Source of the DNA: the human T2T-CHM13v2.0 reference genome, Homo sapiens
Strand: one strand, 5' to 3'
DNA: 64,000 nt
Assembly: GCF_009914755.1 (NCBI RefSeq)
Contig: NC_060947.1
Shown piece by piece: positions 12,790-29,378 of the stretch (position 1 is the first letter of the stretch; every line of letters begins with the position of its first letter). A program made the position numbers and the translations under genes. The notes under the pieces were generated by a model. It did no database searches. It was not told the origin of the DNA and was given only the letters and a program-made list of their open reading frames with translations.

Positions 12790-14241
12790 CAGATTTTTGT
12801 AATGCTGTACACATTAGTAGATACTAAAAAAACACTTGTTGACAAAACTGAATGAAGGTATGATGTCTCTTACTGGCTGAAAGTTGTTAGACTGCCTGAG
12901 CTTATTCTTAGTGAGTTTTGTTTGTCTCTTTTTTGTAAATTCCTTGTTCCAAATCCATAGGAAATGATCAATAAAGATCGACTCTTTTATTAAAAGCAAT
13001 CTAAAGTTATTTAACACACTTTACTTTTAGAAACATTTCTTAGTTTTACCTAAACTAACACAGATAAGCAGTTTGCTTTCTAACAATATTTCCTGATTTT
13101 AAAAAGATTTTCTGATTCTACACGTTAAGACAATTAAACACACTTGTAATTTAACACACAAATTGTAATTTTTTTTCTCGCTTCCTATTAATGTTATGAA
13201 AACTGTTTCCTTCCCAGCCTTAAAACTCAACAGGACATATTTCATCTTGAAGGTGAATGAGAACCAACATGATGTATATGTTTAATATCCTTTACCTTAA
13301 AGGTTTTAACCAAATATGCCATCAAACTAGGCAATGGAGTTTGAAATAAATTTTATGCCAAAAATAAACACAACTATATTAAATAGAGAAAAAGTATTAT
13401 AAGAGCTCATATTTGATATATATAAAACAGTAAGCAGTATATGGTATAACTATCATATCAAAGAGAACAAAAAATATACAAATAAATAGTCAAAATCATA
13501 GTTCAATTTCAAATGTATCAAATAAATTAGGGTGATAGGAATGTCACACATAAATATGTACACATGACGATGATTTTTAAACTATAGCCACATATATGAT
13601 ACACTGAAAACGGACAACAATATTATACATTTTGATTGGGGGACAATGGAATTCTCAATGCTTTGCTCTCAAAGCATTGTGAGTTATTACACAATACAAA
13701 ATTCAATTTTTTAAAAAAATTAATGTTATTAAAGGTGCAAGTAACACTTCTTAGTTTTTGCAGTTTCAGATCATATGGTTTTGCAGGTTCAGATCATATG
13801 TTTTAAAAAAATAGTTTGTTATAGCAAAGTATTTTTAAATTGGTTACATGTAATTCGCTGTAACCTTCCTACAGTAGTATGTTCTCTCTCTCATATCTAT
13901 TTATTTATATACTACATACATAAAAATTGTATATATATGATTATATATAATTTCTCACTTGGAATATATTTATATGCAATTTTATTTTTAAACTTATTCT
14001 TTTCTCAATTTTGTAAATTTTTATGTAATAAAGTTATGCCAGATTTGATAAAATTTTAAATGAAAACAAATTTTCACAAAACATACATTTTTATCTCTTC
14101 TCATTGTCTACTTAATATTTTTATTTACTAAATCAATATCCTTGTCCATATACGGGAGAATTACGCCTTTTAAGAAGCAGATTATTTGCAATAAATACTT
14201 AAGTAACAACTTTCAGATAAATTTCCATGTTTCAAGTAATC

Positions 14242-14531
<290 letters not shown>

Positions 14532-14833
14532 AACCTGTCAATTATCAGAAAACTTGATGACATGATTCCATTTGTCTCAGGTTAATAAACTATTATTGGG
14601 CATTAAATACATTTACCAATATCACATTGCTATAATTTTACAGATTCAAATTTATATTGGCCTGACTCCCCTGCCAAAGTTGCTTTTGAGTTCAGATCAT
14701 GAGCCTATGTGTCCAGAAAGTCTTGTCAGCCCTATCCTATTCTATTCTGTTTGACTATTTGAGTCAAATATAAGTAGGCATGGTCCGAAACTCTTCTGTC
14801 TGTCTCGCAATGATTGAACTTCATATGTATATA

Positions 14834-15081
14834 GAGTCAGCCCTCCATATCTATAGATTCTGCAGGAGTGGATTCAACTAAAGGCAAATCAAAAATATTT
14901 GGAAAATAACAATAAAAATAATACAACAACACAAATAATACCAATTTCAAAACTAATAAAGTATATCGACTATTTACGTTGCATTTACATGCTATTTTAT
15001 ATAAGGGACTTGAGCATCTGTGGATTTTTGTATTCACGAAGGTCCTAGAACCAATTCTCTACAAATACTGAGAGATGACCA
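14834..15081 (-). mobile_element. MER2/Tigger3-type TcMar DNA transposon relic
   Basis: TATATAAGGGACTTGAGCATCTGTGGATTTT...GGTCCTAGAACCAAT...ATACTGAGAGATGAC; TA flanks. Confidence 0.8.
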
Positions 15082-15388
15082 TATATATAAATGAACATAC
15101 GTAGTCATCTCTCAGTATATATTATGTATTTATATATTGTATATTATATATTCATAACATGTATTTTTATATATATATACATAAGAGAGAGAGAGAAAAC
15201 ATCATTATATACAACCAAAATATTCATGGTGACAACCCTAGAAAGTGAATTATTATATTTTTGTTCTAGACTGCTATTAGGAAGGGTATAACATACTTTC
15301 CCAGTTCTTCCCAGGAATAATACAGCTTTCAGGTTGACAGCCACAAGAAATCATCACTGCCATAATGCAAGATCATTGTCTCAATGGC

Positions 15389-15685
15389 TTTTTTTTTTTT
15401 TTTTGACAGAGTTTTTGCTCTGTTGCCCAGGCTGGAGTGCAACGGCGCAATTTTGGCTCACTGCAACCTCCAACTCCTGGGTTCAAGTGATCCTCCAGCC
15501 TTAGCCTCCTGAGTAGCTAGGATTACAGGTGCCCGCCATCACACCAGGCTAATTTTTGTATTTTTAGTAGAGACAAGGTTTCACCATGTTGGCCAGACTG
15601 GTCTCGAACTCTTGACCTTGGGTGATCCAACTGTCTCGGCCTCCCAAAGTGCTAGGATTACAGGCGTGAGCCACTGCACCTGGCT
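15389..15685 (-). mobile_element. Alu (AluS)
   Basis: Antisense dimer; TSD T(G/A)TCTCAATG. Confidence 0.95.
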
Positions 15686-17645
15686 TATCTCAATGTTTTA
15701 ATTTCATGTTTTCAAATATCTTTCCCGAGAATGCAGAATTTTAGAGTTCAACTTTGTAACTGTTTCCTACACCCTTTTTGTTGCATAACGATCTCAGGAA
15801 ATAACTAACAGGAAGACTATGTTACAAGGTCAAAATCCTCCTTTCCACAAACCACCAGTTGATTAAATGTCCGCTGAAACATATATTTCTCTTCCAGGAA
15901 ATGAAAAGTTCATTTAGAGCACTCATGCTAATATCCAGAATGGAGGTGGTGGTGGTTAGGGAACAACTAGAAAAATAAACCTAGACAGTTAATAAATTCT
16001 TCACACAATATATTTGCTAATGCACTACTAATTATAACATGGAAAACAAAATTCATTAGCTTGTGACTAAAATATTTTTTAAAGGGAGAAGTGATGTAGT
16101 GTAATTACAAAGTTAGTTATTACTTACAAAACATGTGGTTAGTTTATTGGTCCATAAAGTAGTATGCTGTCAACACCAACATTTTTATATGTTAAGCAGC
16201 GTGTCAGGTTACTGTTTTATATTTTATTTTGGTCATCTGGAAAATTGGAAGAAGTTGTCACCTATTTCATAGAGTTATTAAGGAATGTAAGGCAGTTAAA
16301 TACATTTCAGGTCTAGTTCATTTTACAACTGACTCTGAAGACTGTGATTCTCTCTCTGAAATTTAAAACTTGATACCATTCTTAGAGTATCTTTTGATGG
16401 TGACCTTTTGGTCACCATCGTTTCAATTTGTTCTTGGCTGCACCTTACAAAGTTTGTTTTCTCCACATTTCTACCGGTAAGACCTAACAGTTGGAATTCA
16501 AAGTGATAGATAAACACAGAGTAACATCTGTCAGTAAGGCCACAGCTATTCTTGATGTTTCATTATCTCTTCTAATTGCAATGGGTGTACCTTCAGGATG
16601 AATGAACACACTGTTACTCATAGAAAGCTTTCCAGAGAGGAGACAAAAACTCACTAAAGCCTGAGCTAATTTAACCCCAGGCAGAGTTTAAAGTTAACCA
16701 TTCATCAATTTCAATAGAAAATGTAAAGGCTGTCTGGCTTCCTTTATTTACTGCAGGAGAAAAAAAAAATCACTGCAAAAATCCATAGAGCGTTTGCCTC
16801 TGCCCAAAACCATCAAGTCATTGTGAGTACTCTCAGCCTACAAAGGTTGTTCTGTCTCAACCTTCTTACTGAGAATAGCTTTCTCAAAGGGAGTTATCAG
16901 AGACAGGATGATGAAATATATTATCAGAAATGAGGTGGTTTCTTTAAAGGATTCAAGACTGTCTTAAAGTTTTTCTCTCATAAGTGTGTCATACATTGAT
17001 TAGGTAATGGTAGGGCATGGACCTGTCTTAGAAAGTAGTATACAGGTAAAAGGGGATGGAATTTTGAGGGTGGATACTGTTATCTAAAAATGGAAAAATC
17101 ATGATTAGATAGAATTGATGAGTGAAATAAATAGCTTATCATACTTCTAGAGAAGAATTTGCTGTAACTCACTTGGAAATCCACACACAAAATAAACTGT
17201 TATTCACAACTCTGTATCAGTCCACTAACCCTCAGATGATGATGTAGTGGATACAGTGGTCAACAAAGGGAGGCTAACAGAGGAAAGATAATCTCCTATT
17301 CATATCTAAAAAGCTTTGCTCTTTCTTACTACAGTATTTATAAATGAGAAAATGCATCAGAACTGAACTGTACAAACATGATGTCTGCTCTATAGGCCTG
17401 ATAGTTTTATTTGGGCTTCTGCAAAAAGTACTCAATACTTTGTTGCTATTCACCAAGACTACATTTTCCTAATCTGCTGTAGAAAGAGTCGTAAATTTGT
17501 TTCTCCCTCGTCAACCTAAATCTCGGCTTTCTTATTTAGTCCTAAATGTATTATATTTCTGGTTCTCAATATATTCATGCAATGCGCGCTTTACAGGAAA
17601 GCAAGGGATCAAACACTTAATCTCTCCAAACAAAAATGCCCTTTA

Positions 17646-17986
<341 letters not shown>

Positions 17987-18535
17987 TCATAAAAAACAAA
18001 CATACACACAAAACAAAATAAAAGGTGATAAATGACATGTTGCCAATGTTTTTATGAGATCTAACCACATTAGACATTTGACATTTCATCTCACCTCTAC
18101 TATTTATTAGGCCCAAGAATCAATATTTATGTTATGTTAGATGATGTTTAACAAATCCTTGAAGGAATCATTGTTTACAAAAATGTTTCTTGAAATGATG
18201 GGCTACCAGCCTAAACACAATTATTTACTCTTTGGCTTTTGTATGTTCATAAATCACAAGTTTAATATTCAAGACTTTAACGTGTCCTTAGTCAAAGTTT
18301 TCTTTTTAATTTGGAGTAAATAAAGGAAGTTAATAAAATTTATCATGTCATTTAACATTGATGAGTTTTAATTAGAACAAATATGGTGTTGTTTCATTTT
18401 GTAAAATGAACTTTCTATAGCTGTTATTTCTCCTATGTCCATACAGTCTTTTTAAGAAAAATCTCAATTTTCACATGCAATAACATTGTATTAAAGTATA
18501 TCATTGTCCAATTAAATATAAAATGTTAGTCACGG

Positions 18536-19316
18536 TGAAATGGGAGAGTTCCCTGATCCCCTTTGCAGTACGTGTGATGGGTGTGGCTCACCTGTTTGGT
18601 CACCCAGCTGCTCAAACCCCTTGTGGGAGAGGGGACTACGCAGATGCGCAGGTGCAGAGGCTGGGGTGAGTGATTTGGGCTCCCGCCTGGTGGTAGTGTC
18701 CTAGGGGTGGGTACCTGTAACATCAGTTCTACAAAGCTCTTTCAGCTTTGCCGTCTGCAGATGGCTTGAGTGTTAATCAGCTCAATGGACCCTCTGCCTT
18801 TTTGCAAGGGCAGAGGGCCAGTGTGACAGCTTTCTGTATCCCAAGCTCTTGCCCAGCATCCCAGAAAAATTGGGTCATACATGGGCTTGAAGGATGAATG
18901 CAAGGTTTTATTGAGTGGTGGAGGTGGCTTTTGGTGGGATGGATGGGGGGCCAGAAGCAGGAGATGGAGTGGGAAGGGGATCTTCCCCTGGAGTCAGGCT
19001 GCTCCGCTGCTGGACTCCTCTCCAATGGCCCCTAGCCAAATTCCTCTTGGTGTTCAGATGTTCCTCCTCTTCTCCCTTTCTCTGCCACAAAGTTCTGCCA
19101 TCTGTTTGCTGGCTTGCTGGTCTGCTTCTGGAGCTTGGGGCTTGGGGTTTAGATAGGTGCAGTATAGGGGGCATGGTGGGCCAAAAGGCAACTTTTGGTC
19201 ATGAAAACAGGAATGTCTGTCCTCATTTAAGGTTGTGAGTCTTCTGGCTTGGAAGGCAGAGTCTGCTGGCAAACATCCTCTTCTACCCAGTATTTCCCTC
19301 TCTCCTGTCCGTATCA
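18536..19316 (-). mobile_element. LTR1-family (HUERS-P2-type) solo LTR
   Basis: Minus strand starts TGATACGGACAGGAGAGAGGGAAATACTGGGTAGAAGAGG; TSD ACGG/ATGG. Confidence 0.85.
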
Positions 19317-19629
19317 ATGGTGATCTTTTACCCAGCTATATTTCAATAATATTACTTAGAAAACCAATCTAAATATGTGTATCTTTGTATTGTATATTTA
19401 TCTGTAAATATAGATGTATAGACATAGATATAACTTGTACATAATTTCAAAAAAAATTAAATGTGTAACCAAAAAGTTGGTAAAATTGCATGTCTGAGAA
19501 TTATCTGTATCGCATACAAATAGGGGTTTTATTTTTTCAGGCCTGGAGAATGCAATTCAGGAATGGTGTCATTTTTTCAGAAAGATATCATCTATAAAAT
19601 TTTTCTCTTCTTTCCCTCATTATCCTTAT

Positions 19630-20280
<651 letters not shown>

Positions 20281-20565
20281 AAGAATATGGAACTCAGTTA
20301 ATGATATTTAGGGATATATCCAGGTTGCTTCTGAGATATCTTAATTTTTAACAAATACGTCATTTTGTGTGAAATTTTTAATCTTATTAATTTATAACCA
20401 CTTTTCCACTTCAACAATAAACCATACTTTTGCAATTCATTCTAACCAGATACTAGACACATTCTGTTGGACATCTTTTTTCCTTCTATAAAGAATTTTA
20501 CAACTCCAGTAATAGAGACAGCTATGTACAATGATTTAATATTATACAGAATTTAGTGCATTTCC

Positions 20566-20680
20566 ATACACATATGTATATATATGTTTATATAAATATA
20601 TATGTATAGGTGTATTCGTGTGTGTGTGTGAGTGAGAGAGAGAGAGAGGAAGAGAGAGAGAGAGGAAGAGAGAGACAGAG
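20566..20680. repeat. Compound (TA)/(TG)/(GA) microsatellite
   Basis: Direct reading. Confidence 0.9.
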
Positions 20681-20794
20681 TTCAATGGGATATGGTCTTA
20701 GATGCCTTAGAATAAGTTGGTAGATTCCACCCCACTGTCTTTCCCAGCTTGCATCTTTGATTAAGGTTTCAAGCTGTGATTGTCAACTGGACAT

Positions 20795-20796
<2 letters not shown>

Positions 20797-20840
<44 letters not shown>
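20797..20840. repeat. Perfect (AT)22 microsatellite
   Basis: Direct reading. Confidence 0.95.
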
Positions 20841-20842
<2 letters not shown>

Positions 20843-22617
20843 AGAAATCTGGAGGAATGTAAGAATTCCTGAAATTATCTTCCTTTTTTTAATTTTCTTG
20901 ATTTCTACTTTTCCCTTTCTTGATTTCTACTTTTCCTTGACTTTTATTGTCCCCATCCTATAGTCTTGACTTGACCGTGGCTTCTTTCATGGCTTGTATG
21001 CTTTGACTTTATGATAGATCTGATTTATTTATTCTATTCTAATCTTATGCTAATAATGGAAAAATGACTCTGTAGTCTCCAACCCCTACCATCTCCTTGG
21101 TTGTACATTCTTTTATGGGTGGCCTAGCTGATTAGTGGTTTTATTCTGGTCATAGACAGTTAAAGAAGGTGAGTAATTGCTTAACAGAAATTTTAAAAAA
21201 GAAAACTACCACAAGACAATTTAAAGGTTAGTTCAAAGGGCTCAATTGAACAATAATCCATTATTATGGCAAATTTCTTTTGGCCTCATCAGAACTTTAC
21301 CTCTAGTCACATGGCTCTATCTCACCCTTTCTTGGCTTCTTGTATATTCTGAACATTGATGACCAGACCTTCTTGAGATTCCATACTTTATTAACTGCCA
21401 TAGTCATTATATTGTCCTGAATTTCCAACTACTTCTCCAGTTGTATATTTGTATTGACTTTTTTCTCTTTATATTCAAGAAACTATAAGGAAATGATGCC
21501 ACAAGACTGTCCTTAGTCTCTGTTTTTCTTTTCTCAGTAGCTCTCCATGGGATATTTTATTCACTTTTAGTCTGTCAAGAAACAAAGTCTCTGCCAGGAT
21601 GTCTTTCAGTCATGTGTATGTGCATTTCTTTTAAACTACTAGGCACCTACTTGCAACCAGTATTCTATAGAACCTTGAGAACTAACAGGGGTCCTGGGGC
21701 ATTCTAAATCCCAAATCTCATGGTCCCTAAAGCAATCCCTGTGTAAAGGGCGTTGAATTAAGTGGCTGAAAACTCCCATTTGTTTGACGTGCTCTCCAGG
21801 GAGCTAGTTATATTACAGCTTGGAAATGTGATCTGGCAGGTAGTTGCTGAGCAACAAAGACTGGAATTAGCTGTGGATGAAACAAAACTTCCATAAAACT
21901 TTATTAAAGACTCCTTGGAGTATATAGTGTATTTATCATGAGATTGGATTGTAGTTTAAAATGGCAATAATTTAGATTGTGGTATATTTACCAGTAGTAT
22001 TTTTATATCGTGAGAAAGCACTTATTGATGTGTCTATTTGTTTATCTGTGTATTCATTCATTGTCTTGATTCAGAAGATTTAGCTTTTGTGAATTGCAAT
22101 TGGATATAAGAGAACTGCAGGAAACCATAGGTCAGGAGGAACCAATATTAATTGGATCTTTTGAACTCTAATGCATTATAGCCTAATTAAAGCTCTAAAA
22201 CAGATTGATTTCTCATAATGGCCCAGAAAATAGAGTTTCTTGTTTTCTGATTCACCTCACAATGTCTTTTAATGAATAATTAATGATGAAAATATTGTTA
22301 GGTTATGTGTGGGAAATGTTATACACATGAATATTCTGTGAGATTTTGGTAAGTTTTTTCACAATCTCTATACTCAAGTCTCTTTTTTTGTGTGAAATTG
22401 TCATTCTTCCATGTAAGGGTGAAAAATATAATATTTTTGGTCACTGAATTTTATTTCCCAGGATCCATGAACTCTTTTATTTCTTCAGTAATGATTTGAT
22501 ACGGTCAAAATCTCCTGGTCAGCCATTGCATGCACATACATTTGGTAAAGTTAATGTTTATCAAAGAGCAGTATAAGATTTACATGACCAATTAAGAATT
22601 AAATTAATAGATAACTC

Positions 22618-22919
<302 letters not shown>

Positions 22920-23467
22920 GATAACTCAGAAAATAAAGAGGCAATACCAGTCAAGATTCTTGTTTGCAAACAACAGAAACCTACCCTGCCTACGTTAAAC
23001 AGAAAAATAATTTATTTGAAGATAATCTGATAATTCACACCCCTCCCTGGAATGCTACAGGAGTATCTGGGAACAGAAACTGAGGGATAAAAGATATAGC
23101 CAACATTGTGCCCCAGACGTGGTCCACTGAAGATACTACTGATGCTCTCCACCAACAAAACTGCTGTTTCCATCCTTTCTCCACATCTCTGCTGTGATAC
23201 CAATTCCTCTAACCTCTAAAACTTCGTGCCTCACTGCCCCATTGCACTCTTAAATTCCCTGAAACTTCTACACACACTCTCTGATTTACAGTGTGCCTTG
23301 CGTACCAATCTCAAGATACAAAGTCAGTGGTGAAGAACATCAAGGACAACCATAAAGTAATACCAAGTACAAGCCTAAAAATAACAAGAGAGGATATATT
23401 GCAATATCCCTTTTGGGCTTCAGTTATGCTGGAGAGGTCAATTGATCCTGGACAATGCAAAAAAAAA

Positions 23468-23601
23468 TTTTTTTTTTTTTTTTTTGAGACAAGGGCTCAC
23501 CGTATTGCCCAGGCTGGACTTGAACTCCTGGGCTCAAATGATTCTTCTGCCTCAGCCTCCCAAAGTGCTAGGATTACAGGCGCGGGCCACCAAGCCTGGC
23601 C
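23468..23601 (-). mobile_element. FLAM (free left Alu monomer)
   Basis: Single antisense monomer with poly-T. Confidence 0.9.
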
Positions 23602-24536
23602 AGAAATGTTTAATGTTCTTTTAACTTTACTATCCATAGAACACAGTGTATTTTTTTTCATGAAATAAATTTAATTTCATTCACCTAAACAATTATTATC
23701 TTTATAACAAATGGAGTGATCAAGCAATTATGGTGTTATTTTCAAAGTTACTTTGACTTTCATCTCATTTATGAGAAATATTTAATCTCTATTTGTGTAA
23801 ACAAAAGTCAAATTTAGCCTTTTGTATGTAATAAAAATCTAATTCTTTAAACCACTCTTCTTCTAGCAATCTTGAAAACCATGCTAGCTCTTTCAAATAA
23901 CAGGTTTGATGTACAGTTGCAATGTCATTAGCTACTATACAATACATAATCAAGTAACTACTATGGATGTTTATTACGTTATTATAACCTCTAATTTTGT
24001 TTCTGTGTGATTGGATAGCATTCTTTTCATGTTTTTTATTTCATGTTTTTAATCTATGTAAGAGATTTTGTGCTTTAAAGGAGTAAAAATTTCATGGTCA
24101 TGCACAGCATTTTGTGTCTGTTCTGAACAGTAGTATTTTAGAAGTTTGTTCTATTAATTTAGTTATTTGTTAACTAAGTTCTTAGTTTTTTGTATCAATA
24201 AACATTTTAATTTCAGAAGCAATGCATAATTTCCAGTAATTGATATTCTGCATTTTTGTGATATAAGGAATGCATTTATAATTCTATTGTTGAGCATTTT
24301 ATGAATACCAAATGTGTACAACAATAATAAAATGAAAAAGATAAAATGTATATTGTAGCTTATACTCAAAGTGGATATATACTTGCATCTTATATATAAC
24401 TAATATTTTAAAATTTTAGGGAAATATGAAGATGAGAAGATTTTTTTCTACAGAATGTTAGATAAATATGTACCTGTGTATTTATGTGTGTGTATAAATA
24501 TATACATATATTGTTTATCTGAAAAGAAGTATTCTA

Positions 24537-24946
<410 letters not shown>

Positions 24947-25319
24947 AGTTATCACTGATCATAAAGTATTTGTGTTTCAAAATGAATTTTACATTTGTCC
25001 AAATAATTTAATATGGACCGTGCGTGGTATTATAAAATAGTACATTGTCATTGATAGTTTAAATTAGCTCTACATATGTAGAAGGAAATAAATTGTAAAA
25101 GATTATTATCATGTAAAATGGTTGATATAGCATTGTCTATTAACCATGGCCAGGGATTATAAAGTCTCTCACTTGTTCCAGTTAACAGAAAATGTAAGAG
25201 GAAAGCATAAGGAAAATATTTTTCCCTTAAGGAGAAAAAGCAGACTATGTGACATCAAAAGAAATAAATATAAGTAGTAGTTGTGGAAATATAGTTCTAT
25301 TTTTCATGGCCCATAAATA

Positions 25320-25600
25320 GAGACAGAGTCTCACTCTGCCTCCCAGGCTGCAGTGCAGTTGTGCTATTATAGTTCACTGTAACCTCGAGCTCCTGAGCCT
25401 AAGTGATCCTCCCACCTCAGCCTCCTGAGTAGCTAGAACTACAAGCCCAAGCCACCATGCCAGGCTAATTTTTTACTTTTTGTAGAGGTGGAGTCTTGCT
25501 ATCTTACCCAGGCTGGTCTCAAACTCCTGACCTCAAGCAATCTTCCACCTTTGGCCTCCCAAATTGCTAGGATTACAGGCATGACCCAGCACTCCCACCC
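25320..25600 (-). mobile_element. Alu (AluJ-like), no visible poly-A tail
   Basis: Antisense dimer starting directly at GAGACAGAGTC. Confidence 0.9.
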
Positions 25601-26220
25601 TAAACTTGTTGTTTTAATTAAGTCTCCAACAAACTGTATCACTCAGGGTATTGATTTGGATGCTAAAAGTACCATATGAAAGACAATTCACTAATGAGAA
25701 TACAAATGATCCTCTTTGCTTTCTTACTCATTGACTAGCCTCTACTCATATTCTGCCCTTCAGGGAACAAATAAAATAAACAATGGCACAATAACAACCA
25801 CAGCTACAGCAAAGACCCCTGATTCTTATTTTGGCCACTTGGTAAAAACTATCCCTTAATGGTTTCATTGTAGTAATTTAAAACTAATGATTTACAAGTC
25901 GAAAGGGAAAGTGTATTTTATAGTTGATGAGTAATGGATAAAGACATTCAATCTAGATTCATAAGAACATGTTGCTGAATTTCAAAAGTAACATTACCGT
26001 GAAATTTCAAAATGTTTATTCCATTGGCAGTGAAACATACAAACAAAAACATCAATTGCATCTTGGAATAGGGAAAAGTGACTTACATTTTTATTCATAA
26101 GGTTCTGTGTGCTTTTAACTTAAATGTGTTCTTTATTTACACAAGTTTTCACAAAGGTACCAGAAGAGAATTATGTTTTACTCCAATGCTTCAGTTTTAT
26201 TTCTATCACTAAATACATAC

Positions 26221-26400
26221 TTTTTTTTTTGAGACGGAGTCTCGCTCTGTCACCCAGGCTGGAGTGCAGTGGCTTACTGCAACCTCCCCCTCCCGGGTCC
26301 TCCTGCCTCAGCCTCCTGAGTAGCTAGGACTACAGGCGCCTGCCACCACGCCCGGCTAATTTTTGTATTTTTAGTAGAGATGGAGTTTCACCATATTGGC
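26221..26400 (-). mobile_element. Partial Alu with two short internal deletions
   Basis: Right arm plus linker, stops at CATATTGGC. Confidence 0.9.
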
Positions 26401-27794
26401 TTTCAGTGTAATGAATGAATGATAATGTCTATGAAACGCCAAAGGTTCATTAAGTCTATCTGCAAAAGTCGTACATAGCTGCAGCCCAGAACTGAATTTT
26501 ATACAGAATTATGTAAAATATATCTTTAAAAGTAGAGTAAACACTTTATAATCCTACAATCTACCCAACAAACTTTAACGAACATAGGTTTTAAAAATAT
26601 TGACTATTTGCCAGACACTGTGCTAGGCACTGAAGATGTAATGAAACATAGATTAGAATAATTATAGACCATTTCCATTTTTGGCCTTGCTCTGAAAAGA
26701 TAGGTTAGTGTTGTCGTTTTTAAATTTTCATCTAGAAAGTAAAAAAAAAAAATCAAATTACCCTTTATCACTGTACCAGAAATAATGCAATCAGTCATTA
26801 AGCTGCTGATATATAATTATCCAGTTTATGCAATTACCCAGTTGATACCTGCTCTATTTAATAGTTGTATTCAATTGATTAAAAGACAGTAAAGTCTCTA
26901 ACTATCTCACATCCAATAATTGATTTTTAAACTTTCAGATATTAAATTATTCTGATTTTGTCTACTCCAAGTATTGGGCTGCCTCAAGAAAATGACTTTC
27001 TTCTGTTTTCAGTATCAGAGAAAGAGTATCATGGCTGAGCAGTTAATCTTCCACATTGTTTATACGCTAGTGTCATCAGAGCTCCTTCTCAAAATAAATA
27101 TCTATTATAGTAACCTCTCTATATATGTCCTACTTTCTTCATTGCTATATATGTCCTACTTTACCTTCACTGCTGATGGTAACTAATTGATAAGATGCCT
27201 TAAAATTAAGGTGACTGACCCACAGGTTTAATGATGATATAGGGAAATATATCTTTGATTTTGTTAGCCTATTTTGTCCCTTCCATTGTTAGTGGCGACA
27301 TGAGGACCATTGTCTCTGTCCTCTCTCCCTATTGAAGCTTACTCTCACAGTTTCCTGTCCCCAAAGGGGAAAAATGTTTTTAAAAGTTTTTATTTCTTCC
27401 ATAGTCATTTGCAGTTTATTCAAGTTCTATGATCAGTGTTGGAACTCCTTTAATTATGGAATGACAAATATCCATCATTGAAAGGTGAATATGCCCAGAG
27501 AGGGGCAGGAGGAAATGTACATAACTTGAGAGTGAATGAAGAGAACGAACTGGTTTTCCTCAACATAAATGACAACAGACTTTTTGCAGTAAATATTTCA
27601 TGCATCAAAGTGTCATATCTTCATATGTTGAGTAAGAAATCAATTCAAAAGACAATAACTTAAGAAAGAGAAGAAAGACTTATTATCATAGCATTTGGGT
27701 TGACATTCTGCTTAACTGTCTGACTTTAGTTTACATTATTTATTTTTAATGAAAATTTATAGAAAATATGTCTTGTACCAGACACATTGTATAC

Positions 27795-28083
27795 TTTTTT
27801 TTTTTGTAAAACGGAGTCTCCCTCTACTGCCCAGGCTGGAGTGTAGTGGCGCAATCTCGGCTCACTGCAACCTCCGCCTCCTGGGTTCAAGAATTCTGCC
27901 TCAGCCTCCCAAGTAGCTGGGACTACAGGCGTGCGCCACCATGCCCAGCTAGTTTTTGTATTTTTAGTAGAGACAGGGTTTCACCATATTGGCCAGGCTG
28001 GTCTTGAATTCCTGACCTCATGATGCACCCACCTCGGCCTCCCAAAGTGTTGGGATTACAGGTGTGACCCACTGTGCCCAGCC
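27795..28083 (-). mobile_element. Alu (AluS)
   Basis: Antisense dimer; TSD ATTGTATAC. Confidence 0.95.
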
Positions 28084-28099
28084 ATTGTATACATTGTTA

Positions 28100-28260
28100 T
28101 AATTAATATTTCCAAGCATATTTTGAGAAAATATATTCTAAATGCCCATTTTACAAATGAGGAAACTGAAGCTCATATGAGTTACGCTACTTGATAAGTT
28201 TACATAACCAGTAGGTAGCAGAGCTTGGATTTGAACTCAGATCTGCCCATTACTTACCCC
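28100..28260 (-). mobile_element. MIR
   Basis: Core CCCATTTTACAAATGAGGAAACTGAAGCTCA...GGATTTGAACTCAG. Confidence 0.8.
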
Positions 28261-28333
28261 TGTCTATGGTCAATACACTATGTGGTAAATATCTTATGTT
28301 TATAACTTTAAAGATATGATGAAACTGCAATTA

Positions 28334-28729
<396 letters not shown>

Positions 28730-29059
28730 AATTATCAATAAAGCTTCATTATCCACCCATAGTATATAACAAATCTTCCTGTCAATTTATCTAGCAGTTG
28801 ATCTATATTTATATATCCATTTGGCTAGTTACAATTATATATTCTTACCCCATGCTTGTTTTCACAGTGTACTTTTTAAAGAGAACCTGGGGCAACAGAA
28901 TGCGATTTTGAAGGAAGTAGACCTAGGTTTAAATAGTCCTAGCTCTATCATCTGTTAGTTAGCATATATTTGGCATAAAATGAGAGCAACAGCAGAAAAG
29001 ATGTTAAAGGAGGCAACATAGGCTAGGAACTGCAACAGTTTAATGTAATAATGAATTGG

Positions 29060-29378
<319 letters not shown>

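Noticed and set aside
21166-21176. Consensus splice donor AAG|GTGAGT
   Set aside because: No convincing acceptor or reading frame; isolated donors are frequent by chance.
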